Source: an uncultured Gammaproteobacteria bacterium (GTDB lineage: Bacteria > Patescibacteriota > Microgenomatia > UBA12405 > JAHJSD01). From it: a stretch of 64,000 nt of DNA. The notes below the pieces were generated by a model. It had not been told where the DNA came from. It ran no database searches and saw only the letters and a list, made by a program, of their open reading frames with translations. Location of the stretch: positions 137,328-201,327 of the forward strand of contig CAYRYE010000001.1 in the NCBI GenBank assembly GCA_964428655.1, written 5' to 3'. The translations under genes and the position numbers were made by a program. Positions within the stretch are counted from its first letter, which is position 1. Each line of letters starts with the position of its first letter. Shown here piece after piece: positions 39,911 through 48,462 of the stretch.

Positions 39911-41776
39911 GTGAGAGAGAACTTACTTGATGATTTAAATCCGGCCCAGAAAAAAGCGGTCACTTTTGTTGGTGGGCCGGTTTTAGTTTTAGCCGGTGCT
40001 GGCAGCGGCAAGACTAAAGTTTTAACTCAGCGAGCCGCTTGGCTGGTAGCAGCTAGAAAAGCAAAACCCAGCCAGCTTCTTCTTCTGACTTTTACCAACA
40101 AAGCTGCCGGTGAGATGAAAAAGAGGCTGTTGAAGCTTTTGCGATCTGTTTCCAGTTCTGAGAAACCTGCTTCTGGTCTTTTCGCCGGCACTTTCCACTC
40201 TTTTTGCGCTTACATTTTGCGGCGTGACGGGGAAGAGATTGGTATTCCAAGATTATTTGTGATCTATGATGGAGCTGATCAGCTAGCCCTAATCAAAAGT
40301 TTAGTTAAAAAATTTGATTTATCTAGCGAGAGGTTTAAACCAGCTTCAATTAAAGCAATGATTGAGTCAGCCAAAAACAATTTAATTGACCCGGAAACTT
40401 TTTTGGACTCAGCTCGAACTTCTTGGCATCAATCTGTTGGTCTAATCTATCAGAAATACCAAAAGCAGTTGATCAAATCTAATGCTTTGGATTTTAATGA
40501 TTTGCTGCTTTCAGTGGTTAAACTTTTCGAAAACGAACCGAAAATTTTGGAAAAGTATCAGGATCGCTATCGGTTTGTTTTGGTTGATGAATATCAGGAT
40601 ACCAATAGAGCTCAGTATATCTTAACCAGGCTTTTAGCCAAAAAATATCAAAATTTAACTGCCGTTGGTGACATTGCCCAAGCGATTTACGGATGGCGTG
40701 GTGCCGATTACCGAAATTTGATGAGTTTAACCTCTGATTTTCCGAAAATGAGGATAATTAATCTTGAACAAAATTATCGTTCCACTCAGACAATTTTGGA
40801 CGCCGCTAATGCGGTCATTTCCAAGAACGAAAAACACCCGATTTTAAAATTGTTTACCCAAAATGGCCAAGGAGAGGAAGTTATTATTTATCGGGCCAGT
40901 TCCGAGATTGATGAGGCAGAGTTTGTTACTGAAAGGATTAAGCGAGTGGTTGATTTCAGAGGTGTTAATCCAGCCGAGATCGTTGTTTTGTATCGAACCA
41001 ATGCCCAATCACGAACCCTTGAGGAGGCCTTTATTCGCCATGGCTTGCCCTATATTCTTGTTGGCGGTGTCAAGTTTTACGAACGAGCTGAAGTTAAAGA
41101 TGTTTTGTCATTACTTCGGGTTTTTTATAATTCTTTAGACCAAGCCTCTTGGGAGAGGATTGAGAAAAATTTTGGCAAGCGAAGAAAGGAAAAAGTTGAG
41201 GAATTTATTGAAGAAAGTGGAGGAAAGAAATGGAAAACAGAAAAATTGCTTGAAGAAATTCTTGAATTCAGTGGTTATTTAGAAAAATTTGATCCTGTTG
41301 ATAAGAGTGATTACCGTCGTTTAGAGAATATTAAAGAGTTGACTTCAGTGGCAAAACAATTTCCTGATTTGAGTGAATTTTTAGAAAATGTTGCTTTGGT
41401 TCAGCAGGAATATTCAGCTCAAGAAAAGGAAAAAGAGAAATTAGCTGGGGAAGCGGTTAGATTGATGACTCTTCATTCAAGCAAAGGATTGGAATTCGAT
41501 ACGGTTTTTATTATTGGCATAGAAGAGGGTTTATTACCTCACTCAAGAAGCATAGATAATTTAGAACAGCTCGAAGAAGAACGCCGTCTTTGTTATGTGG
41601 GAATGACTCGGGCAAAAAGGCGTTTATTGCTGGTTTATGCCGCCCAAAGGCTTTACTTTGGCAAAATCAGCTGCAACAGTATTTCTAGATTTTTAGAGGA
41701 TATTCCTGATAAATTGATTGCTTGGGAGGAAAGTGAATCTGATTGGAGTGATGACGATTGGGACGAAGAATGGTAG
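39911..41776 (+). CDS. UvrD/PcrA/Rep-family ATP-dependent DNA helicase (GTG start).
   Basis: Walker A AGAGSGKT, helicase motifs through to LHSSKGLEFD and VGMTRAKRRL. Confidence 0.85.
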   Translation: MRENLLDDLNPAQKKAVTFVGGPVLVLAGAGSGKTKVLTQRAAWLVAARKAKPSQLLLLTFTNKAAGEMKKRLLKLLRSVSSSEKPASGLFAGTFHSFCAYILRRDGEEIGIPRLFVIYDGADQLALIKSLVKKFDLSSERFKPASIKAMIESAKNNLIDPETFLDSARTSWHQSVGLIYQKYQKQLIKSNALDFNDLLLSVVKLFENEPKILEKYQDRYRFVLVDEYQDTNRAQYILTRLLAKKYQNLTAVGDIAQAIYGWRGADYRNLMSLTSDFPKMRIINLEQNYRSTQTILDAANAVISKNEKHPILKLFTQNGQGEEVIIYRASSEIDEAEFVTERIKRVVDFRGVNPAEIVVLYRTNAQSRTLEEAFIRHGLPYILVGGVKFYERAEVKDVLSLLRVFYNSLDQASWERIEKNFGKRRKEKVEEFIEESGGKKWKTEKLLEEILEFSGYLEKFDPVDKSDYRRLENIKELTSVAKQFPDLSEFLENVALVQQEYSAQEKEKEKLAGEAVRLMTLHSSKGLEFDTVFIIGIEEGLLPHSRSIDNLEQLEEERRLCYVGMTRAKRRLLLVYAAQRLYFGKISCNSISRFLEDIPDKLIAWEESESDWSDDDWDEEW

Positions 41777-41785
41777 AGTAGAATT

Positions 41786-42841
41786 ATGATAATCCGTAAA
41801 GTTCTTCCTGAAGAAAAAGATACTTACAACGAAGTTGTCGGCCATCCTTTGCAAACTTGGCAATGGGGAGAATTTAAAGAGAAGACTGGGATGAAAGTGG
41901 TTAGATTGGGGATTTTTGACAAAGGAAAAATAATAGACGGAATTCAAGTTCTGTTTCGACAAATCCCAAAGTTGTCTTTGTCTGTTGGCCAAATATTGAA
42001 AGGCAGTTTGCCCAATCAACAGGTAGTTGGAGCCTTGAGTGAGCTGGCTCAGGGGGAAAAAGCAATTTTTATTAAAATAGAACCGGATTATATTGTGCGA
42101 CGTTGGAAGAATGAAAAAGGGAAGATTCAAAAACCGCCAACTAAAGATGAAAAAATTGATTTAACCAAAATTGGTTTGCGACTAGCCAGAAAACCTCTTT
42201 TCGACCCTCATTCCTTTTTACTGGATTTGACCAAAACTGAGGATGAGTTAATGAGTCAGATGCATAGCAAGACCCGGTACAATATTCGGTTAGCCCAAAG
42301 ACACGGTGTTGTTGCTAAAGAGCAGTCTGACAAAGAGGGCTTGGAGATATTTATTAATTTGCTTCAGGAGACTTTAAAACGACAAAAGTTCTATATGCAC
42401 AGTCCGGATTACTTTAGGAAGTTGTGGCAGGTTTTGCATCCAGCGGGGATAGCCCATATTTTATTAGCCAGATATCAGGAAAAAGTGTTAAATGCCTGGA
42501 TGTTATTTATTTGGAAAAATAGGATTTTTTATCCCTATGGAGCTTCTTCTTCAGAGCACCGGGAGTTAATGGCTTCAAATTTGATTTGTTGGGAACTAAT
42601 TAAATTTGGCAAGAATAAAGGCTGTAAGATTTTTGATATGTGGGGCAGCCTGGGTCCTGACGCTGATCAAAATCATTCTTGGTATGGCTTCCATAAATTC
42701 AAACTAGGTTATGGGGGAGAATTAGTTGAATTTGTCAGTAGCCGGGACTTAGTTGTTAATTCTATTCTTTATGAAGGTCTTCAATTTGCTGATTCAATTA
42801 GGTGGAAATTGCTCCGCTTGCGAAGAAAATTCCCTATTTGA
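41786..42841 (+). CDS. FemAB-family peptidyltransferase (peptidoglycan cross-bridge formation, FemX-like).
   Basis: Overall length and the N-terminal region match the FemABX fold; weak motif-level support. Confidence 0.6.
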   Translation: MIIRKVLPEEKDTYNEVVGHPLQTWQWGEFKEKTGMKVVRLGIFDKGKIIDGIQVLFRQIPKLSLSVGQILKGSLPNQQVVGALSELAQGEKAIFIKIEPDYIVRRWKNEKGKIQKPPTKDEKIDLTKIGLRLARKPLFDPHSFLLDLTKTEDELMSQMHSKTRYNIRLAQRHGVVAKEQSDKEGLEIFINLLQETLKRQKFYMHSPDYFRKLWQVLHPAGIAHILLARYQEKVLNAWMLFIWKNRIFYPYGASSSEHRELMASNLICWELIKFGKNKGCKIFDMWGSLGPDADQNHSWYGFHKFKLGYGGELVEFVSSRDLVVNSILYEGLQFADSIRWKLLRLRRKFPI

Positions 42842-42856
42842 TTTGTTTTGTAAATA

Positions 42857-43216
42857 TTATTGTAGTATTGGACGCCTTGTGCCATTTTTTGGCGTTACCA
42901 GTATGGCTTGACGACCAGGAATTACTCTTCCAGTTCTCTCATCTCTTGCTGGCACGCATCTTGCTCTTAGATACCTAGATCTAGTTCTTAAATATCCTGC
43001 AATTTCTGGTGCTGATTTAGATCTGTGGTGGGTTGGGATCAAGGTTGAATCTACGGTTTCTCTTGTTGGGGCAGTACAAAAAAATGTTTCTTTTGATCTT
43101 AATTCATATAGTGGCACTGGAGTCCAATGTTCTCTTTTTGTGGTACCCATATTAGTCTTATCAATAGACTTGTTAACGGTACATCTTATAATATCATGAT
43201 TATAGCATTGGTTCAA
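42857..43216 (-). CDS. Hypothetical ORF in a compositionally atypical segment (may be non-coding).
   Basis: Arg-rich product with no family recognised; GC is about 45-48% here against a roughly 37% background. Confidence 0.2.
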   Translation of the reverse strand: MNQCYNHDIIRCTVNKSIDKTNMGTTKREHWTPVPLYELRSKETFFCTAPTRETVDSTLIPTHHRSKSAPEIAGYLRTRSRYLRARCVPARDERTGRVIPGRQAILVTPKNGTRRPILQ

Positions 43217-43366
43217 TAGTTTTTTTAATAATTAAAGATGGGGTCTATGCCAAAGGTAGCCATTGCCTTTGGTTTGGCTTTGCTTTGTCCTCTTGACCAC
43301 GCAAGTGGAACTAGATGTGTATTCCGTGGTGTTGAGATTCATCCAAATGTGAGATAATAGCGCCAT

Positions 43367-43762
43367 ATGGGACCAGATAGAGCAATAAATTTACGAGGTT
43401 TGCTTGCCGAAAGGACCAGAAGAACAAGAGTTTTTATTCCTATCGGCGGGGATATAAAGACAGGTGAAGGAACTTTACATGGTGTAGATGTAGAGAGAGT
43501 TCCACCAGCAACCGTTTTTATAGGTCAAGAGCCTGTGCGTAGGATTCCTTCCAGAGTAAGATATGGGAAAAGATCAGTAAGAGGAGATAACTCTTTGCTT
43601 ATACAAGAGATTCCAAGGAGAGAAGCTCGTGCTTTAGTGGAAGGAGGCCCGCTGGTAAGGGATCTTTTTACAGGTGAGGTAGTTATTATGCGAGGTAGTA
43701 AGCGGGTTTTAGTGCGTGATAGGACTAGGATTTTAAAGTTATTTGCCGCTGGTGATGAATAA
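43367..43762 (+). CDS. Hypothetical ORF in a compositionally atypical segment (may be non-coding).
   Basis: Arg-rich product with no family recognised; located at the 3' side of tRNA-Glu. Confidence 0.25.
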   Translation: MGPDRAINLRGLLAERTRRTRVFIPIGGDIKTGEGTLHGVDVERVPPATVFIGQEPVRRIPSRVRYGKRSVRGDNSLLIQEIPRREARALVEGGPLVRDLFTGEVVIMRGSKRVLVRDRTRILKLFAAGDE

Positions 43763-43880
43763 TTTCCTTTTTAGGTTTGTTGATAGACTTTCAAACTACT
43801 TCAGGTCAATGGGATAGAGGCTAAGGGGCAGGGATAAAGTTTACCGTAAAATAGACTAGAATTAACACGATCTCTGGTTG

Positions 43881-43953
43881 TGCCCCTACGGGGATTTGAA
43901 CCCCGGTCTTCGCCGTGAGAGGGCGATATCCTAAACCACTAGACGATAGGGGC
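43881..43953 (-). tRNA. tRNA-Glu (anticodon CTC).
   Basis: The minus-strand sequence gcccctatcgtctagtggtttaggatatcgccCTCtcacggcgaagaccggggttcaaatccccgtaggggca aligns along its length with canonical bacterial tRNA-Glu. Confidence 0.85.
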
Positions 43954-43957
43954 TTTT

Positions 43958-44034
43958 TGGTGCGCCCGGAGGGATTCGAACCCCCGACCCACTGCTTAAG
44001 AGGCAGGTGCTCTACCAAACTGAGCTACGGGCGC
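43958..44034 (-). tRNA. tRNA-Lys (anticodon CTT), CCA encoded.
   Basis: Minus-strand sequence gcgcccgtagctcagtttggtagagcacctgcctCTTaagcagtgggtcgggggttcgaatccctccgggcgcacca; a clean cloverleaf. Confidence 0.85.
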
Positions 44035-44056
44035 AGATGAGTATAATTATATCAAA

Positions 44057-46963
44057 TTACTGCCACGCTTCGCAGAGAAGCTTGTATTCACAGTAATTAC
44101 AGGGAAATGGGATACTAGGTTTTGGCGGGAAGGGGCTTTTTTCTATCTCCTCAGCGGCTTTAATCATCTTTTTTCTAAACTCATTTAATTGTTCTTTAGT
44201 TCTTTGACTGGAGAGCTTAATGCAGTTTTGGAGAAAATAGAGACTCAAAATAATTTTCTCTACTGGCCTGTTGAAGCTGAGCTCACTGATGCTAGAAGTT
44301 GCCAGCGCGTAAAGAGTTAGTTGATCATCATGATCGATTGTCTTCTGGTTTGGAATTCTGGCACCAGTTTTGTAGTCGATAATTTCTACTCTTCCATCAG
44401 GAAAAAGATCAGCCCTATCAATTATTCCCCCAACTTTCAGTTTTGGAGTAATTCTAAAAGAAAATGGCTGTTCTAGGGCAATAACATTAATAATAGATTT
44501 ATCTTTTAATTCTTTTTGGTAATAATTTTTGAGAATTTGAACACTTTGTTTTTTAGCTTCTTTTTCATGAGCCTTAGATTTGAATCCTTGTGATTGCCAA
44601 TTTTCTTCAAGTATTTTTAAAAAAGTTTTAAAGTCTAATTTTTCTTTGCTAAGAATTTGTTCTTGATAAAATTCTTTCAAGGTTCTATGGAGAGTGATAC
44701 CAATTGTTTGAGCTGGCGAGGGAGGTGTTGGCAGTCTGATGATGTATTTATATTTATATTGAAGAGGGCAAATATCGAATGCGTTTAGTTGGGAATATGA
44801 AAGATAAGTTACTGGAAAATTAAAAATAGCCGGTTTTTCTTTTTCTTCCTGTTTTTGCCAAGAAAGGAGAGTGAGCTGTATATCACGTGTTGCATGTCGC
44901 ATATTGTGAATTGATTTTTCTCCCAAAGATTCAACAACAAAGGGAGAGATTTTTTTCTCTCTTTTAGCGTCATTGCTGTAGAATTTAGCCCCGGTAAAGT
45001 AGAGATGATCCATGGCTCTGGTCATGCCCACATAAAATAGTCTTCTTTCTTCTTGTTCATGTGGATCGCCTTCAGGCAAAAGCTCTTTGATTAGTGTTTG
45101 GGGGATAGGTATTTGCTCTTGACGCTTTCTGGTAGGAAAGCGTTGATTGACAAGATTAGCCATAAAAACAATCGGGAATTCTAGCCCTTTGGCCGAATGA
45201 ACAGTTAAAATATTGACGGCATCGACTTCAGTCCAATCAGTTTCTGTTGCCAAAGGGCTTTCGCCCAGTTCCAATCGAAGCATAATCCAATCCAGAAGAT
45301 GAAAAACAGAAGCGTTTTCATTATTGGTTTCAAATGATTTGACCTTGTCAAAAAATTTGGCCAGATCAAGGGCTTGCTGATGCTTAGTTTCTGTTTTTGG
45401 ATTGACTATTGATTTTAAAAGACCACTGTCTTCGAGAAAATAGTAGAGAATTTGACCGCCGGTTTCTTTTGACAGCAGCTTGAGGTGACGATGAATGATT
45501 TTCACCAATTTATTTGTTTTATTTTCTACGGTTGTTTCCGGGGAATTTGCTGCCTTTTTCTCGGCAGCTTCAAAGAGAGATAAATTTTCTCTTTTTGCAA
45601 AACTTCGAAGCATGGCTAATTGACGGGCAGAGATTTCTAATTCTGGAATACTAGCGACTTTGAAAAAAGCAATGTCGTCTTGGAGATCAACTAAGGTTTG
45701 CAGATAAGCAATTAGATTTTTAATTTCTGACTTGCGGAATAAATGACCTGGACCCAAGAATTGATATGGAATATTGCTTCTGGCCAAAGCTCTTATAAAT
45801 GGTTCGGAATGGTTATTGGCCCTGACTAAAATGGCAATGTCTTTGTATTGGTATTTTTCTTTAGTCAGTTTTTTTATTTCCTGGGCAACTAAATCGGCCT
45901 CGTTTTCTACCCGATTAGTAAAAAATAGTTTAATTGGCGTTCCTTTAATTGCTCGGGCGCTTTTTAAGTTTTTGGCAATACCTAATTTTACTTCTAAAGT
46001 ATCAGGATCATTGTGTTTAATTAGTTGATGAGATTGATCAAGAATGGTTTGGGTAGAACGGTAATTTAGAATTAGAGAAACAACTTTGCCTTTTTTATAA
46101 TCTTCTTGGAAAGTTAAAACATTAGAAACGGCCGCCCCCCTGAATTTATAGATTGATTGAGAGTCATCGGCAGTAACGGTAAGATTGGGATTTTCTTTGG
46201 GTGGAGCCAGCAATTTTATTAATTCATATTGAGCAATATTAGTGTCTTGAAATTCGTCGACCAAAACAAAGGCAAACTTTTTTTTATACTCTCTTAAAAC
46301 ATTGGATCTTTCTCGTAAAAGCTTAAGCGCATAACTGATGAGATCGGCAAAGTCAAAAGCGCCCTCTCTCTCTTTTAATTCCTGATAAGTTTTAAATGTT
46401 TTGGCCAGCTCAATAGTTTTTTTGGCTTCTAACTTGTCTTCTTTTGTTTTGGCATTTTTTGAAACTTTTTCAGCAAATTGGAGATATTGTTCTGGCGTAA
46501 TATCTTCGTCTCGAAGTCGGGAAAAATGATCAATGATTCCCCCTAAAAACTTGTCTGGAGTAGAAACGGGCCGAAAATATGTCAACTTGAGTTTAAAAAG
46601 CCTTTTTCTTAAAAAAAGAATAGTTTCCGCCTTAGACATTAATTTAAAATTAGGATTAAGACCAATGTGAGAAGCTTCATCTCGTAATAATTGATTGCAA
46701 AAAGAATGAAAAGTGGAAATCCAGAGCTGGCTATATCCTAACGGCAGAGCTTGATCTACTCTTTCTTCCATTTCTCTAGCCGCTTTTTCAGTAAAAGTTA
46801 AAGCTAGTATTTGAGAAGGGGAAAGACCATTTTTGTCAATTAGCCACTTTATTCTTTCAGTGATAACCGTAGTTTTTCCTGTTCCAGCTCCGGCGATAAT
46901 CAACAACGGCCCCTTTTGATATTTAACGGCTTTCTTTTGCTGCTCGTTAAGCTTCATCTTCAA
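44057..46963 (-). CDS. UvrD-family helicase with C-terminal PD-(D/E)xK (RecB-like) nuclease domain (AddA/PcrA-like helicase-nuclease).
   Basis: AGAGTGKTT Walker A and helicase motifs; the C-terminal GGIIDRADL...EIIDYKTG nuclease motif; terminal Cys residues (CNYCEYKLLC). Confidence 0.85.
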   Translation of the reverse strand: MKMKLNEQQKKAVKYQKGPLLIIAGAGTGKTTVITERIKWLIDKNGLSPSQILALTFTEKAAREMEERVDQALPLGYSQLWISTFHSFCNQLLRDEASHIGLNPNFKLMSKAETILFLRKRLFKLKLTYFRPVSTPDKFLGGIIDHFSRLRDEDITPEQYLQFAEKVSKNAKTKEDKLEAKKTIELAKTFKTYQELKEREGAFDFADLISYALKLLRERSNVLREYKKKFAFVLVDEFQDTNIAQYELIKLLAPPKENPNLTVTADDSQSIYKFRGAAVSNVLTFQEDYKKGKVVSLILNYRSTQTILDQSHQLIKHNDPDTLEVKLGIAKNLKSARAIKGTPIKLFFTNRVENEADLVAQEIKKLTKEKYQYKDIAILVRANNHSEPFIRALARSNIPYQFLGPGHLFRKSEIKNLIAYLQTLVDLQDDIAFFKVASIPELEISARQLAMLRSFAKRENLSLFEAAEKKAANSPETTVENKTNKLVKIIHRHLKLLSKETGGQILYYFLEDSGLLKSIVNPKTETKHQQALDLAKFFDKVKSFETNNENASVFHLLDWIMLRLELGESPLATETDWTEVDAVNILTVHSAKGLEFPIVFMANLVNQRFPTRKRQEQIPIPQTLIKELLPEGDPHEQEERRLFYVGMTRAMDHLYFTGAKFYSNDAKREKKISPFVVESLGEKSIHNMRHATRDIQLTLLSWQKQEEKEKPAIFNFPVTYLSYSQLNAFDICPLQYKYKYIIRLPTPPSPAQTIGITLHRTLKEFYQEQILSKEKLDFKTFLKILEENWQSQGFKSKAHEKEAKKQSVQILKNYYQKELKDKSIINVIALEQPFSFRITPKLKVGGIIDRADLFPDGRVEIIDYKTGARIPNQKTIDHDDQLTLYALATSSISELSFNRPVEKIILSLYFLQNCIKLSSQRTKEQLNEFRKKMIKAAEEIEKSPFPPKPSIPFPCNYCEYKLLCEAWQ

Positions 46964-47132
46964 ATTCTATCACGGATAATTTTTTCTCTCAGCAAGAGCG
47001 GCAAAGAATTTTTATCCTATGGATACTTGAGCTCTTGCTGAAAATGGAATATAATCCAGACTAACTATTGATTATTTTAGCTTTCATTTTGCCTAATTTT
47101 TTGTAATTCAAATTGAATGGAGGTGATTAAAA

Positions 47133-47477
47133 ATGCCAGATAAAAATGATAAACAAACAGTTGATGAGCCAGCCGAAGAGATAAAGGCTAAGAAGGCGGG
47201 AGTTGAAGAAGTTGAAACTGAAAAACCCGAAACTGAAGGAGTAAAAGTTGAAGAGACCAAAACAGAAGAAGCTGTTAGCAGTTCGGCTGTGCCGACAGAT
47301 GATACAGCTGCGCCAACAGACGATACGACTGCTACACCAGCAGGCACTGACAAGCTTGGCCGTCAGCTTTATGATGTAAAATGCGCTAAGTGTGGCAAGC
47401 AGACTCAAGTTCCCTTTAAGCCATCTGGAGACAGACCAGTTTATTGCCGAGATTGCTACATGGAGCAAAGAAGATAA
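47133..47477 (+). CDS. Acidic low-complexity protein with C-terminal CxxC...CxxC zinc ribbon (zf-trcl-like).
   Basis: KCAKCGKQTQVPFKPSGDRPVYCRDCY at the C-terminus; the N-terminus is E/K/T-rich. Confidence 0.5.
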   Translation: MPDKNDKQTVDEPAEEIKAKKAGVEEVETEKPETEGVKVEETKTEEAVSSSAVPTDDTAAPTDDTTATPAGTDKLGRQLYDVKCAKCGKQTQVPFKPSGDRPVYCRDCYMEQRR

Positions 47478-47514
47478 AGTATTAAGCCCTCTTTGTTTCA
47501 CTCTATTAATTATT

Positions 47515-47533
47515 GGGAGGTTTCGTACCTCCT
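47515..47533 (+). terminator. Stem-loop (ggaggt-ttcgt-acctcc) downstream of the zinc-ribbon gene; weak intrinsic terminator candidate.
   Basis: 6-7-bp GC-rich stem seen directly; the trailing U-tract is poor. Confidence 0.35.
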
Positions 47534-47642
47534 AGGTGTTTAAAATTAAGTTTATTGTATCTATGTATTCAGTTTTAGCATGGAGAAAAACTTGATTTTC
47601 ACGGTTTTATTGTGTACTTTCTTAATGAAAAGGAGGTAGTTT

Positions 47643-47825
47643 ATGAATGAGGGGTCTTGTGGTTCCGGAGAATCGGCGCCGTCTAGGCCGGTGATAACTT
47701 CTGATTCAAAGCAGACACGAGTAGATAGAAAGATGACGAGAAAACCGGGTGAGTCGTTAGATAAATATAGGAAGAGGATGAATAAGAAGCATAAGAGAAA
47801 AGCGAGAATTTACAGTAGGAAATAA
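47643..47825 (+). CDS. Small basic protein (60 aa), unknown.
   Basis: Strong Shine-Dalgarno AAGGAGG 7 nt upstream of the ATG; Lys/Arg-rich C-terminus. Confidence 0.4.
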   Translation: MNEGSCGSGESAPSRPVITSDSKQTRVDRKMTRKPGESLDKYRKRMNKKHKRKARIYSRK

Positions 47826-47854
47826 GTAGTTTATTGCTAAACAAGGCCTCTTTT

Positions 47855-48388
47855 TTATTTATTTTTTGTTATTTTGGTAATTACTTTTAGGGAAGAATTG
47901 GGGACAAGGTGGATGTTGCCGTCTTTATCCTTAAGGGCAATAGTGCGTAGGCTGATCTTAGTGACCTTTCCGGAAATACTGTTTGCGACTTTGATTTGAT
48001 CTCCAACGTTAAATTGATTTTCAAAAAGCACGAAAAACCCGGCGATTAAATCAGAAGCCAAGCCTTTGGCGCCTATGCCAATTGCCAATCCGAAAATACC
48101 AACTCCGGTTATTAATGGCAGAATATTAAAACCAAGCTCTGACAGTATTAAAAGTACAGAGGTAAAGTTGACGATAATTTTCACAGTGTTAATTAAAAGA
48201 CTGGTGATGGTTTTGACCCGCTGTTTTGTTTGGGCAACAGTTTCAGATTTGCTTTTTCCAACTTTGCGGCGAAGTTTTTTGAGCGAAAAGATAGCAAATC
48301 TCTGTATTACCCACCCGGCAATAATAATAGTTGCTATTTTTAAAATCCTTTGCCAAATAGCAATTGCTGTTTCAATACTAATTCTCAT
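47855..48388 (-). CDS. Small-conductance mechanosensitive channel (MscS family), minimal form.
   Basis: Pore-helix and beta-domain segment GIFGLAIGIGAKGLASDLIAGFFVLFENQFNVGDQIKV...GKVTKISLRTIALKDKDGNIHLVPNS. Confidence 0.8.
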   Translation of the reverse strand: MRISIETAIAIWQRILKIATIIIAGWVIQRFAIFSLKKLRRKVGKSKSETVAQTKQRVKTITSLLINTVKIIVNFTSVLLILSELGFNILPLITGVGIFGLAIGIGAKGLASDLIAGFFVLFENQFNVGDQIKVANSISGKVTKISLRTIALKDKDGNIHLVPNSSLKVITKITKNK

Positions 48389-48462
48389 TTTTTCTTTTGT
48401 TTAAATTTAAGTAAATTGTATCATAGCGCGGGATGTAGAGTTTCCGGTGTGGAAATAAAGCA

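Noticed and set aside
42842-43880. Tested the GC-rich block for RNase P RNA, tmRNA and SRP RNA
   Set aside because: Did not find the P4 GGAAAGTCCGG or ACAGAA-CCGGCTTA motifs, a tRNA-like 3' end with GGTTCGA-TCC T-loop, or the SRP domain IV GGAAGCAGCC motif by eye. Kept only as an unexplained atypical segment.
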